Below, piece by piece: positions 52,200 to 62,417 of a stretch of 64,000 nucleotides of DNA (positions within the stretch are counted from its first letter, which is position 1; each line of letters opens with the position of its first letter). The notes beneath the pieces are model-generated. The model did not search any database. It saw only the letters and a program-made list of their open reading frames with translations, and was not told where the DNA came from. Both the position numbers and the translations under genes were made by a program. The DNA is from Candidatus Bathyarchaeota archaeon (GTDB taxonomy: Archaea > Thermoproteota > Bathyarchaeia > Bathyarchaeales > Bathycorpusculaceae), in the NCBI GenBank assembly GCA_963717465.1, contig OY970340.1, positions 2,944,001-3,008,000 of the forward strand, given 5' to 3'.

Positions 52200-52640
52200 A
52201 TGGTCGATTTTAAAATAAAAAGTTCGGTTTTTGAAAATAACAAGTTAATTCCTAAAAAATACACTTGCGATGGGGACGAAATTAACCCGCCGTTAAGTAT
52301 TGAAGGCACGCCTAAAGGTACAAAAACTCTTGTTTTGATAATGGATGATCCTGATGCGCCAGGTGGAACGTTTGACCATTGGATAGTCTGGAATATCCCC
52401 GCTTCAACCGTTACGGTAAATGAGAATTCTGCGCCTGGAACTGAAGGATTGAACAGTGGTGGAAGGCGCGGTTATTATGGTCCTTGTCCTCCTTCGGGTA
52501 CTCATAGGTATTTCTTTAAATTGTACGCTTTGGATTGCGAGTTAAAATCTGGTCCTAATTCAAGAAAGAAGGACGTTGAAAAAGCGTTCTCAGGGCATGT
52601 TCTCGCTGAGACTAAATTGGTAGGATTGTATCGCCGATAA
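52200..52640 (+). CDS. YbhB/YbcL (PEBP/Raf kinase inhibitor-like) protein
   Basis: IPKKYTCDG, LIMDDPDAP, HWIVWNIP, YYGPCPPSGTHRYFFKLYALD. Confidence 0.95.
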   Translation: MVDFKIKSSVFENNKLIPKKYTCDGDEINPPLSIEGTPKGTKTLVLIMDDPDAPGGTFDHWIVWNIPASTVTVNENSAPGTEGLNSGGRRGYYGPCPPSGTHRYFFKLYALDCELKSGPNSRKKDVEKAFSGHVLAETKLVGLYRR

Positions 52641-52664
52641 AAAATAGTGTGAAATTAAAATAAA

Positions 52665-53237
52665 TTAGTAGTTTTCTGTCCAAACTTCAAAGTAAGCTTT
52701 CGGATGAGAGCAAGTTGGACATTTCTCAGGCGCCGTTGCGCTTTCAATGACTAACCCGCAATTTCTGCATTTCCACTTTATTGGGGCATCTTTCTTGAAG
52801 ACAGTTCCGTTTGTCAGGCTTTCTACCAACTTGTTGTATCGTCTTTCGTGGTATGCTTCTACTTTAGCAATCATTCGAAATGTTCTCGCGACTTCTGGGA
52901 AACCTTCTTTTTCAGCGATATCACCAAAGTTGGGGTAGAGTTTTCCCCATTCAAGTAATTCTCCTGTGGCAGCAGCTTTCAAGTTATCAAGAGTTGAAGC
53001 AATTACTCCTGCCGGGTAAGAAGCGGTTATTTCCGCAACTCCACCTTTTAGGTGATTAAAGAAAAGTTGCGCATGTTCCTTCTCGTTTCCCGAGGTTTCC
53101 TCGAAAATTGCTGATGTCTGCTCGTAACCTTCCTTTTTAGCTACGCTTGCGAAGAAAGTATATCTGGTTCTTGCTTGAGATTCCCCAGCAAATGCGGCTA
53201 ACAGATTTTTTTCTGTTTGACTACCTTTTAAATCCAT
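52665..53237 (-). CDS. rbr: Rubrerythrin
   Basis: AFAGESQA, NEKEHA, GELLE, VEAYHE di-iron ligands plus rubredoxin-like WKCRNCG...CPTC. Confidence 0.96.
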   Translation of the reverse strand: MDLKGSQTEKNLLAAFAGESQARTRYTFFASVAKKEGYEQTSAIFEETSGNEKEHAQLFFNHLKGGVAEITASYPAGVIASTLDNLKAAATGELLEWGKLYPNFGDIAEKEGFPEVARTFRMIAKVEAYHERRYNKLVESLTNGTVFKKDAPIKWKCRNCGLVIESATAPEKCPTCSHPKAYFEVWTENY

Positions 53238-53352
53238 AACAAACAAGCTCCTATTAATAGTCTAGTAAGGTGAAATTAAAAAGGATTGCTTGCTTCTTAC
53301 AGCTGTTCGGAAGTATTTGATGCTCAGACCTTTTGGTTTTAACTCTTGAATT

Positions 53353-53877
53353 TTAGACTATGTAGCTTCCTGTTTTTTCAAAATCTCTTACAATTTCCAT
53401 GATTCTTTTTGGTGCATTGGTTTGTCCGAGAGGAATGTCTTTGAGCAGAATCCAGGGAGACTTGCGTGCGAGGTCTGTTGCTACGTGCTCTTCTCCGAAG
53501 CATTTTGTTGCAATTTCGATAACCATCTGCCTTACCTTAATTTCTGACAATTGACCTAATGCGTGGAGATATTCGTGTATTAGAAGATTGTAGACAAGTG
53601 CATTTACAGTTGATTTAGATTTCATAGAAGCTTCTACAAGATCCACTAAAGCTCTGTTTAATACTATGTTGTTTGTTCCAACGGGATAATAAGCACCCAA
53701 CTGTAAGGGTAAGTCATCTAAGAATAGCATAAGATTTCCGCCGCCTTTCTTGCCCAAAGAAAACGCTACAGTGTCTTTAACAATTTGCCAAACTTCAGCG
53801 TAACTTTTAGCATTATCCAAACTTTTGCGGAACCGTTCGGTCTGCGAATCAAGGGCGCTCAAAACATCAACTTCCAT
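53353..53877 (-). CDS. Hypothetical zincin-like protein (HExxH)
   Basis: LGAYYPVGTNNIVLN strand followed by LLIHEYLHALG. Confidence 0.7.
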   Translation of the reverse strand: MEVDVLSALDSQTERFRKSLDNAKSYAEVWQIVKDTVAFSLGKKGGGNLMLFLDDLPLQLGAYYPVGTNNIVLNRALVDLVEASMKSKSTVNALVYNLLIHEYLHALGQLSEIKVRQMVIEIATKCFGEEHVATDLARKSPWILLKDIPLGQTNAPKRIMEIVRDFEKTGSYIV

Positions 53878-53960
53878 TAAAGAAAAAAGCTAAAACATGC
53901 CTTTAAGGCTTAGCAAAATATTGATAAATAACAAAACCTTTGGTTTATTTGAGTTCTTAG

Positions 53961-54404
53961 GTGTTTATTTTGGAAAGCAACATTTTAGTTAGAGATGTTA
54001 TGACAAGAAACGTTAAAGTTGTAAGAGAAGACACAACTCTACACGAAATCGTAGCAACAATGAGCAAATTTGACATCGATGCTGTGATTGTCTTAGAAGG
54101 CAAAAAACCAACGGGGATAATAACGACAAAAGATGCGTTGATAAGGGGATTTGAACATGGTTTGCCCCTCGGTTCTCTAACAGCGAAAAATGTTTTCTCA
54201 AGCCCTTTAAAAACGGTTGATGAGCAAGAAACAATTGAAGAGGCTGCTGAGAAGATGAGGCAGGCAAAAATAAAGCACTTACCAGTGACCAATAAGGGCA
54301 GACTTGTAGGCATGCTGACAGATTGGGACATAGTTTTTGCAGTTCCATCAATGTTATCGGCTATGGAAGAAGTTTGCCGCCCCGCAAAGAAAATACAAGT
54401 TTAA
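53961..54404 (+). CDS. CBS-domain pair protein
   Basis: VRDVMT, GIITTKD, IKHLPV...LVGMLTDWDI. Confidence 0.93.
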   Translation: MFILESNILVRDVMTRNVKVVREDTTLHEIVATMSKFDIDAVIVLEGKKPTGIITTKDALIRGFEHGLPLGSLTAKNVFSSPLKTVDEQETIEEAAEKMRQAKIKHLPVTNKGRLVGMLTDWDIVFAVPSMLSAMEEVCRPAKKIQV

Positions 54405-54534
54405 TTCGCCCACTTTCAATACATGATTAATTTGTGCTAAATGGTACATTAACTACAATTTTTGTTATAGAGAAGTCACAATATTTAATAATAGTCCTCG
54501 GAACTAGTTTTAATATTCAAAGAGCGAATACAAA

Positions 54535-54726
54535 ATGATAAACGACTCCAAAGCCAAGTGCCCTGACTGCGATTCGGAACTAAAAGTTCCATTCGACGTT
54601 GAAAAAGGGGAGATATTAAGCTGCCCAAGTTGCGGCCTTGAGCTCGAAGTTAAAAAAATAGATCATGGAGGTGAATACATAGATCTTCAAGCGTTAACAA
54701 TTAATGGTGAAGATTGGGGCGAATAA
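54535..54726 (+). CDS. lysW: LysW-type amino-group carrier protein
   Basis: CPDC...CPSC zinc ribbon and C-terminal EDWGE. Confidence 0.92.
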   Translation: MINDSKAKCPDCDSELKVPFDVEKGEILSCPSCGLELEVKKIDHGGEYIDLQALTINGEDWGE

Positions 54727-54809
54727 GGTTTTAATGACCACAATTTTTTTGTTTTCAAAATAGACTTTTAGAAGATGTTGTTGGCAAAATCAAAGCCAAC
54801 CAACAACTA

Positions 54810-56447
54810 TTAGACGATTAATGAGTTTAGAAGCTTAGGTTTTCCGAGTTTCTTGTTTACGCATGCTTGAATAAAACCTAAGTATTCAGGGGAAGGCTTT
54901 CCAGGACGACTTTTGAATTCACCGTGGAACTGGGAAGCAAAAAAGAAGTATTTGTCTGGTAACTCTAGAGTTTCCATTCTCCTGCCATCAGTGCTCTTAC
55001 CTGAAAAAACTAGTCCGTTCTTTTGGAGAACATCCAAATAATCCAAATTAACCTCGAATCTGTGGCGGTGCCGTTCGTAGATTTCTTCTTGCTGGTACAT
55101 GCTGTAGGCTAAGGTGTTTTTTTGAAGGACCACTTTATGGGAGCCTAAACGCATCGTGGCACCCTTATTCGCTACACCTTGCTGCTCAGGCATTAAATCA
55201 ATTACCATATGTGAAGAATCTGGGTTAATTTCCGAGCTGTTAGCATCGCTAAATCCGCATACGTTTCGAGTAAATTCGATGACTGCTAATTGAAAACCGT
55301 AGCAAATGCCCAGAAAAGGAATATCGTTAACTCTGGCAAAATTTACTGCAGCGATTTTTCCTTCTGTGCCCCTTGGGCCAAAACCGTAAGGAACAAACAC
55401 GCCGTCAAAATTTGCAAGGTCCTTGATGCATTGTGGATTCTGCTCTAACTTTTCTGCTTCTAGGTAAGATATGCAAACTTTGGTTTTGCATGCTGCTCCT
55501 GCATGCCTTAATGCTTCAGTCATGCTTACATAGCTGTCAGTTAACCCCGCGTACTTGCCTACTAAAGCGATTTTGACTTCATGCTCAGGATGAATACTTG
55601 CATCAACGAATGTTTGCCATTGGCTGATGTCAGGTGTTTGACAGTTGATATTTAATCTTTGGCAAATAAAGTCGCCCATGCCTTGTTTATCAAGGATAAG
55701 CGGGACTTGATAAACGGATTCAGCGTTGTATGAACAGAAAACTGCGCTTTCAGGTATGGTGCCAAATAATGCTATTTTCCGTAAGGCTTCAGCGTCAATC
55801 ATTTTTGGGCTTCTAGCAACAATGATGTCGGGCTGAATTCCTATTCCTCGAAGTTCATTAACGCTGTGCTGTAAGGGTTTGGTTTTCAATTCGCCAGTTA
55901 CGTCTAAAACTGGAACTAATGCAACATGAACGTAAAGCGTGTTTTCATAACCCTCGTCGATACGCATTTGACGTATAGCTTCTAGAAAAGGCAGTCCTTC
56001 TATGTCCCCAACTGTTCCTCCAACTTCAGTTAGAACGACATCAACAGTAGATGCCTTACCAATATCCTTTATTCGATTCTTAATTTCGTTAGTAACATGG
56101 GGAACAATCTGTACACAGCGACCAAGAAAGTCTCCTCGGCGTTCTTTTGCAATAATCGAATTATAGATAAGCCCTGTGGTTAAATTGTTTTCTTGCTTGA
56201 GGGGTAAATTTAAGAAGCGCTCATACCATCCTAAATCTAAATCTGTTTCTCCACCATCATCGGTTACGAAAACTTCGCCGTGCATGTAAGGATTCATGGT
56301 TCCAGCATCAACATTAACGTAAGGATCAATTTTCACGACTGTAGGTTTTACTGCTCGGAACTGAAGCATTTTACCTATTGACGAAGTTAATATGCCTTTG
56401 CCGACTGAACTTAATACCCCTCCAGTCACAAAGATATATTTTACCAA
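54810..56447 (-). CDS. pyrG: CTP synthase
   Basis: KYIFVTGGVLSSVGKG, DPYVNVDAGTM, GGTVGDIE, KTKPLQHSV, GICYGFQ, ERHRHRFE. Confidence 0.99.
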   Translation of the reverse strand: MVKYIFVTGGVLSSVGKGILTSSIGKMLQFRAVKPTVVKIDPYVNVDAGTMNPYMHGEVFVTDDGGETDLDLGWYERFLNLPLKQENNLTTGLIYNSIIAKERRGDFLGRCVQIVPHVTNEIKNRIKDIGKASTVDVVLTEVGGTVGDIEGLPFLEAIRQMRIDEGYENTLYVHVALVPVLDVTGELKTKPLQHSVNELRGIGIQPDIIVARSPKMIDAEALRKIALFGTIPESAVFCSYNAESVYQVPLILDKQGMGDFICQRLNINCQTPDISQWQTFVDASIHPEHEVKIALVGKYAGLTDSYVSMTEALRHAGAACKTKVCISYLEAEKLEQNPQCIKDLANFDGVFVPYGFGPRGTEGKIAAVNFARVNDIPFLGICYGFQLAVIEFTRNVCGFSDANSSEINPDSSHMVIDLMPEQQGVANKGATMRLGSHKVVLQKNTLAYSMYQQEEIYERHRHRFEVNLDYLDVLQKNGLVFSGKSTDGRRMETLELPDKYFFFASQFHGEFKSRPGKPSPEYLGFIQACVNKKLGKPKLLNSLIV

Positions 56448-56587
56448 CCATTTCTACCCCCATAATAAACTACATCTTGCGATGTGACTTAATATAACTC
56501 TTTTGTGTGCAGCTATGAAAAAATGTGCAATCAATCATCATGAGGCTTAGATGGTTAAACACTTAACGTGAAAGCGATTGCCCAAGC

Positions 56588-56905
56588 CTAGTATCTGCGG
56601 CTGCGCGTTACTGCTCGCAGGATAAGCCAAAGACCAATCAAAACCAGAATTAACGGCCAAAAATAAACAAACAGAGCAGTTATGCCAACAAGAAGGAGCA
56701 AGCCGATGATTATGACTATTAACCCAAAGAATATGAGCCCAAGGCGGCTGCCTCTTCTGCGGTAATAGTTAGATGAATCATGGTAGGGGTGATTGTGCCT
56801 GTAATAAGACATTTCAGATTTTACTGAGGGCAATGGTGCTCCACACTTAGAACATACGATAGATTCATCAGAATTTTTTGCACCGCATCTTGTACAAAAG
56901 GGCAT
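56588..56905 (-). CDS. Zinc-ribbon membrane protein
   Basis: MPFCTRCG...CSKCGAPL followed by two TM helices (FWPLILVLIG). Confidence 0.85.
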   Translation of the reverse strand: MPFCTRCGAKNSDESIVCSKCGAPLPSVKSEMSYYRHNHPYHDSSNYYRRRGSRLGLIFFGLIVIIIGLLLLVGITALFVYFWPLILVLIGLWLILRAVTRSRRY

Positions 56906-57066
56906 TTACTTTCTTTAAAGTCTATGATTTAGTTTACTCATAAAATTTTTGGTTGAGGATTATTTTTTTGGCAAGAATAATTAAAAGCATGCTGATTCAT
57001 TGAACAAGTTGGCAGTCTAAGGCAAAAAATTTTAATTTATCGTATTCCAGTATAATCAAGATTAAA

Positions 57067-57300
57067 TTGCCTAAAGCATATGTATTAATTAATGTGGAGT
57101 CAGGTTCGGAAGATAAGGTTATCAGCCAACTAAAATCACTGGAAGGAATAAAGGAAGCCTACTTTTCTTACGGAGTTTACGATATAATTACCAAAGTTGA
57201 AGCCGATTCGATGGAGAAGCTTAAAGACATGGTAACCCGCAAGATTAGAAGCCTAAATAGTGTTCGGTCAACATTAACTTTGATACTAACAGAAGAATAA
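57067..57300 (+). CDS. Stand-alone Lrp/AsnC ligand-binding (RAM) domain protein
   Basis: KAYVLINVE...YGVYDIITKVE...IRSLNSVRSTLTLI. Confidence 0.92.
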   Translation: MPKAYVLINVESGSEDKVISQLKSLEGIKEAYFSYGVYDIITKVEADSMEKLKDMVTRKIRSLNSVRSTLTLILTEE

Positions 57301-57359
57301 ACTCAACTGCACATCTTCTTCAGCTTGATGATTCGCTTTTCCGTCTTAGTCTTCAAGAA

Positions 57360-58728
57360 TTACTCTGGTTCGATATGAACTGTAACAACTGCGCCTGAGA
57401 AGTGCTCTTTGACTTCCTTTTCAATTTGGGAAGCAAGCTTATGCGCTTCAGTTATCTTTACTTGTTTTGTGAAAGAGCAGTCTAAGTTAATGAAGCGTTT
57501 GCTATCAGCTGCGTATGTTACTATCCGTTTCACATGAAGGTCACCAGGCATTTCTTTAACAACATCATTAACTACCATTCTAAGCTGAAGTTCATCGAAT
57601 TCTGCGCCCTTAACAGGCGTCCCATACGGCTCCATGTGGACAGTTACGTTTTCAAGCGGTTTAATTTCTGCATGCATTCGACTTTCAATTTTCTCTGCGA
57701 TTTTATGTGTTTCTTCAACAGAAAGTCTTGGATCGACATAAGCATGTAGAGTAATGTATAATTTGCCGCACGTGTAAATTATCGAGATTTCATGCACTTC
57801 TTTGACGTCTTCAACTGACGCAAGTTTCTTTACAAGTGCTTCCATTTTTGTTGCCTTGTCTGACGGTTCAATGTGAATGGTCGGTTCAACATTTCCAAAA
57901 GTCTTTTTTAAGTTAGTTTCAATTTTTGAAGCTAATTCGTGGGCTTCTTCTAAACTCATTAAGTTTGAAACATGAATTGTAGCCTCCACAAAAATTTTTG
58001 AGACTCACTTTCCGAGCCTTCAAGTTATCTGCTGCTACAACACCCTCTTGATCGCAAATATTTTTTGTTAATTTTTGAATTAGCTCTTTTGAAGCAGTAT
58101 CGCTTAACTCCATTACGCATGTTCTCATAAGCCTATAGCTTAAGTAAATAAGCATTACACCCAGAAAAATTGATGCATAAGCGTCACTATTGTAAAAGCC
58201 TAAAGTAGCTAAACCGAAACCAGCCAGTGCAATTATTGTTGAGCCAAAATCGGAAAGGGCATTGTAAAATCCCGCTTTTATGGAAGTACTTTCAATCTGG
58301 TTGGCCTTTCTGAAAATAGTAAGTCGAACAATGTCTATGAATAAAGTGTAGCCAATAGCGACGAATCCTGCGAACTCTATGCTCTGTTTAAAAGGAGCAG
58401 GCACAATTAATCTACTCCCTGCCTCATAGAATATCAACAAAGCTAAAACGATGAAAATTACTCCGGCGATCAATCCGCCTATGGCTTCAAACTTTTCATG
58501 ACCGTAAGTGTGTTCTTCATCTGGCGGTTTCATGGAGGCACTTGTGGCAAAAAACAACAAGACGGTTGATACAACGTCTACGGTCGCGTGCAAACCATCG
58601 CTTAAAATGGCTAAACTGCCAACGACATAACCTATAGTGATTTCCACAATCATAACGCTGGCGAGGGTCACAGAACCCCATTTTAGGGCACTAAGTTTAT
58701 ACGAATCTTGTGAACTGCTTTGCATCAC
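57360..58728 (-). CDS. Cation diffusion facilitator with three C-terminal dimerisation-type domains; frameshift near 58000
   Basis: SLAILSDGLH, PPDEEHTYGHEKFE; three repeats of E(A/T)H..A..IE...(T/V)(I/V)H(I/M)EP. Confidence 0.9.
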
Positions 58729-58912
58729 GCAATCAGAAGAATATGCTTAGTTGAGGGCGATTTAAGAGTTGTGGGGATCAAGAAAAACCATTTTTGATTT
58801 GCGTTATACATCTGAAATGTTCGTTTTTGTTAAGCGAAATTCAAAAATTTAGCTTTAAATAGATAGGCATTTAGGGTTGAATTTATTATTTAGAGGAAAC
58901 GGTTGATGGGTC

Positions 58913-60197
58913 ATGGCTTTGGTAAAGATACGGGAAATCTTAGATGGCTTGCATTCGGACCAGAAGGTAGCTGTTAGAGGTTGGGTTTATAGAAAACGAG
59001 AAGGAAAAGAACTCATATTCCTAGTAATCCGTGATTCAACAGGCGTAATACAATGCACCGTGAAAAAGGGAAGCCCATGCTGGAACCAAGCGGAAAAATT
59101 AACGATTGAATCAGCCCTTACGCTTGAAGGCATAGCAAAACAGGATAAACGTGCTCCAGGCGGTTACGAAATAACAGCGGAAAACATTACAATTATAGGT
59201 TTAGCTGAAGTTTTTCCCATTTCCAAAGACAAAAGCGAGGAGTTCATTCGTGACATGCGTCACCTTTGGCTGCGAAGCCGCAAAATGAACCTGGTAATGA
59301 AGGTTCGTGCAAAAGTTTTAGATGCTGCCCGCGAATACTTTGAAAAACAAAAATTCACTGAAATTTCTCCACCCATGTTCATCTCCGCTGCAGTGGAGGG
59401 TGGTTCAACTCTTTTCGGCTTGAAAGTATTTTGATCAAGATTTGTATTTAACTCAGAGTTCACAATTGTATCTTGAAATACTGATATTTTCTTTGGAGAA
59501 AGTTTACTGTATTGCTCCTTCTTTTCGGGCTGAGAAAAGCAGGACGATTAGACATCTAACTGAGTATTGGCACATTGAAGGAGAATGGCCTTTTGCTGAT
59601 ATGAATGACATAATGGTTTTTGAAGAAGGCTTAATGACGTATATTTGCCAGATCATCAGCGAGAAATGTAAAACTGAGTTTGCAGAGCTAGGAGCAGACA
59701 TATCAAAGTTAGCAGCAGTTAAAGCGCCGTTTCCAAGAATAACTTACAAAGAAGCCATTGAGCGTCTTCAAACTAAAAATCCAACTTTGAAGTGGGGGGT
59801 TGATTTAGGTTATGAAGACGAAAAAGTTCTAGCTGAGGATTTCGGAAAGCCCTTCTTTGTCTATGATTATCCAACTGAGATTAAAGCGTTTTATTGCAAG
59901 ACATACAGTGAAAACCCAAAAGTAGCAATGTCCGTGGACATGATGGTTCCTCGAATAGGAGAAATATCCACAGGCGGCGCAAGAGAAGAAGACAAAAACA
60001 TTCTCATTCAACGCATGAAAGAGCAGGGCCTAAAACCTGAAGATTACGAATGGTACCTTGACCTTAGACGTTACGGAACTGTACCGCACGTTGGCTTTGG
60101 AATGGGCTTAGAGAGACTGCTAACTTGGATGCTTGACTTAGACAACATAATCGATGCCATCCCGTTCCCAAGGACTACAAGAAGATTCTATCCATAA
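58913..60197 (+). CDS. asnS: Asparagine--tRNA ligase; frameshift near 59423
   Basis: VRGWVYRKR, RHLWLRS, VEGGSTLF, YLTQSSQLYLE, FRAEKSRT.RHLTEYW, WYLDLRRYG.VPH.GFGMG.ER. Confidence 0.93.
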
Positions 60198-60294
60198 AAA
60201 AAGCCAAAAATGACCAATTAAAGTCGCCAACTTCAATTGATTGGCAATATCCATTTTCAATTAGTGCAACGTTTCAGCGGCAATTCTTTCGGGT

Positions 60295-61725
60295 TTATAC
60301 TGCTTTGCGGAGGTCATCTCTAATGTCGTTAACTCTCATCAAATTCGAGAGGAACACGTTTCTCCTGTAAGAACTCTTCAGAGTTCTCGACAATTCTTTC
60401 ATTAGGTAAGATGGACGCTTAACATGTTCAAAAAAAGCGTTATGCATCATCTTCTTGATTTCAGGAACAGGTACGGCTGTCGGGCAAACTTCTGAAACGG
60501 CTACGCCTGTTTCCCAGTTTTCTTCAACGTTTAACGATCCCTTCGCTACCAACTCATTCCAAATTTCATTTCCGGGATGGGCTACTAAAATGCTAAACTG
60601 AGGCAAGTCGATGGGAATGTCTCTGGCAAAGTTAATGGTGTTTTGGATTTCTTCTCTGGATTCGTCTGGTGCACCCATTATGAATGAGCCGATTATTATG
60701 TCGGTACCTGCCTTTCGAGCAGTTTTTACTGCGTTTTTGGATTTTTCAGGAGTAATGGATTTGTTGTAATAATTTAGGAGCCGCTGATTTGCGTTTTCAA
60801 TGCCAAAGTATAGTATTTTTAGACCAGCTTTATTCATTTCATTGAACAATTCATGGGAACAGTTGTCAACTCTGCCCTCGCAGATCCATTCTATATCCAA
60901 TTTTTCTTTTTTGATTGCCTTGCAAATTTCAATTGCTCTTTTCGGGTTTAACGTGAAACTGTCATCTACGAATATTATTTGTTTATAACCTTGACTCTCT
61001 AAAAGAGAGAGCTCTTCAACGGTGCTTTTAACTGACCGCGGCCTCCAATTATTTCTAGCAAGCTTGGTACAATTGCAGAATCTGCAATGGTAAACGCAAC
61101 CGCGACTGGTAACAATTCCCGTAAATTTCTTGGGCGCCACATTTGCTCCGCCTATTAGACAGTGATATTCAATGTCAAGTAAACTGCGATCCGGAAAAGG
61201 TAAAGAATCCAAATCCTGAATCAACGCTTGATCAGGAGTGGAAACAAGACTTTGATTTTTCCTAAAAGTAATTCCTCTAACGCTGGCAAAGTCGCCATTC
61301 TTAGTCATGCATTCTGCAAGTTCGATTATTGTTTTTTCTCCTTCTCCACGAACGACGACGTCTACACTCGGATACTTTTCCAAAATGCGTTCAGCATTAA
61401 ATGTGGCATAATGATTGCCGAAAAGAACTTTTATGTTTGGATTAATCGTTTTTACTTTTTCACTGATTAATGCTGCAGTTATGCCTGAAGACGCAAGCGT
61501 TGAAAAACCTAATACATCTGGGTTTTCATTCAGTATCCAATTCACGGTTTCGTCTATCGTTAGGCCTTGTCCAGGCTGATCTAGCACTGAAGCTTCAAAA
61601 CCATTATCTTCGAGCACAGCAGCCAAATATAAAAGTCCTAAAGGGGGAAATGCAGCGATAGACTTGTTTTTTTCGCGTTCTTCCAGACACTCATTTGGAC
61701 TGGCACTGACGAGACAGAATTTCAT
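60295..61725 (-). CDS. Cobalamin-binding (class B-type) radical SAM protein
   Basis: PPLGLLYLAA, GNHYAT, VVRGEGE, TSRGCVYHCRFC, FVDDSF, FGIEN. Confidence 0.93.
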   Translation of the reverse strand: MKFCLVSASPNECLEEREKNKSIAAFPPLGLLYLAAVLEDNGFEASVLDQPGQGLTIDETVNWILNENPDVLGFSTLASSGITAALISEKVKTINPNIKVLFGNHYATFNAERILEKYPSVDVVVRGEGEKTIIELAECMTKNGDFASVRGITFRKNQSLVSTPDQALIQDLDSLPFPDRSLLDIEYHCLIGGANVAPKKFTGIVTSRGCVYHCRFCNCTKLARNNWRPRSVKSTVEELSLLESQGYKQIIFVDDSFTLNPKRAIEICKAIKKEKLDIEWICEGRVDNCSHELFNEMNKAGLKILYFGIENANQRLLNYYNKSITPEKSKNAVKTARKAGTDIIIGSFIMGAPDESREEIQNTINFARDIPIDLPQFSILVAHPGNEIWNELVAKGSLNVEENWETGVAVSEVCPTAVPVPEIKKMMHNAFFEHVKRPSYLMKELSRTLKSSYRRNVFLSNLMRVNDIRDDLRKAV

Positions 61726-61862
61726 CTTAGCATCATTTAACTAGTAACTGTTAACAGAATTTAAATATTAGTATGCAAAAAGCAAGATGCACAAAAAACT
61801 AATCTAAAACTTGATTCATAAGAAGCAATTTAGGGCTTAAAATATAGTCATTCGATATACCT

Positions 61863-62417
61863 TCACTGAAAGGTAGTTTGCTCAATAAATAGTCTTAAAA
61901 TATCAGGGTTTCTCACTTCAGGATGAAAAAGAACACCAAATACCTGTTTTTCCTTATGCTTGATCGCTTGAACACATTTAACTGATTTTGCTAAGACGTC
62001 AAAATCTGTTATTTCTTCTATGCAGTAGCCGTGAAGAGAGTATGCTTCGAACTCTTTTTTAAAAAGCGGATTTTCTTTGAGGGTTGATATTCGAGTCATG
62101 CCTATTTCTAGGCAACGAGTTAAACGGCATCCATAAACCAAACCGATTGTCTGCATTCCTGCGCATATGCCCAAGATTGGCTTGCTGATTTCCTTTAGCC
62201 AAATAAATTTTTCTGGATGAGTTAAAGTCGTTGTATCTTTAAGCGGTGTTCCAGAAAGAATAATTTTATCACTTCTGGATAGGTCTTGGCTTGTTGCTTC
62301 AAGATAATGCTTTACTGAGAAATCATCCAGCGGCTTAACGATTGATATTATTGGTGTGACAAATTCGTCAAAAGCTAAGGAGTTTTTTTTCCAGTTCATG
62401 TCAATAATCAATATCAT
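61863..62417 (-). CDS. Stand-alone class I glutamine amidotransferase
   Basis: IILSGTP, PILGICAGMQ (nucleophile Cys), GVLFHPEV (His-x-Glu). Confidence 0.9.
   Translation of the reverse strand: MILIIDMNWKKNSLAFDEFVTPIISIVKPLDDFSVKHYLEATSQDLSRSDKIILSGTPLKDTTTLTHPEKFIWLKEISKPILGICAGMQTIGLVYGCRLTRCLEIGMTRISTLKENPLFKKEFEAYSLHGYCIEEITDFDVLAKSVKCVQAIKHKEKQVFGVLFHPEVRNPDILRLFIEQTTFQ

Noticed and set aside
56450..56490. G-run before pyrG as a reiterative-transcription attenuator
   Set aside because: The leader is too short for a terminator/antiterminator; the G-run is better explained as the ribosome-binding site.
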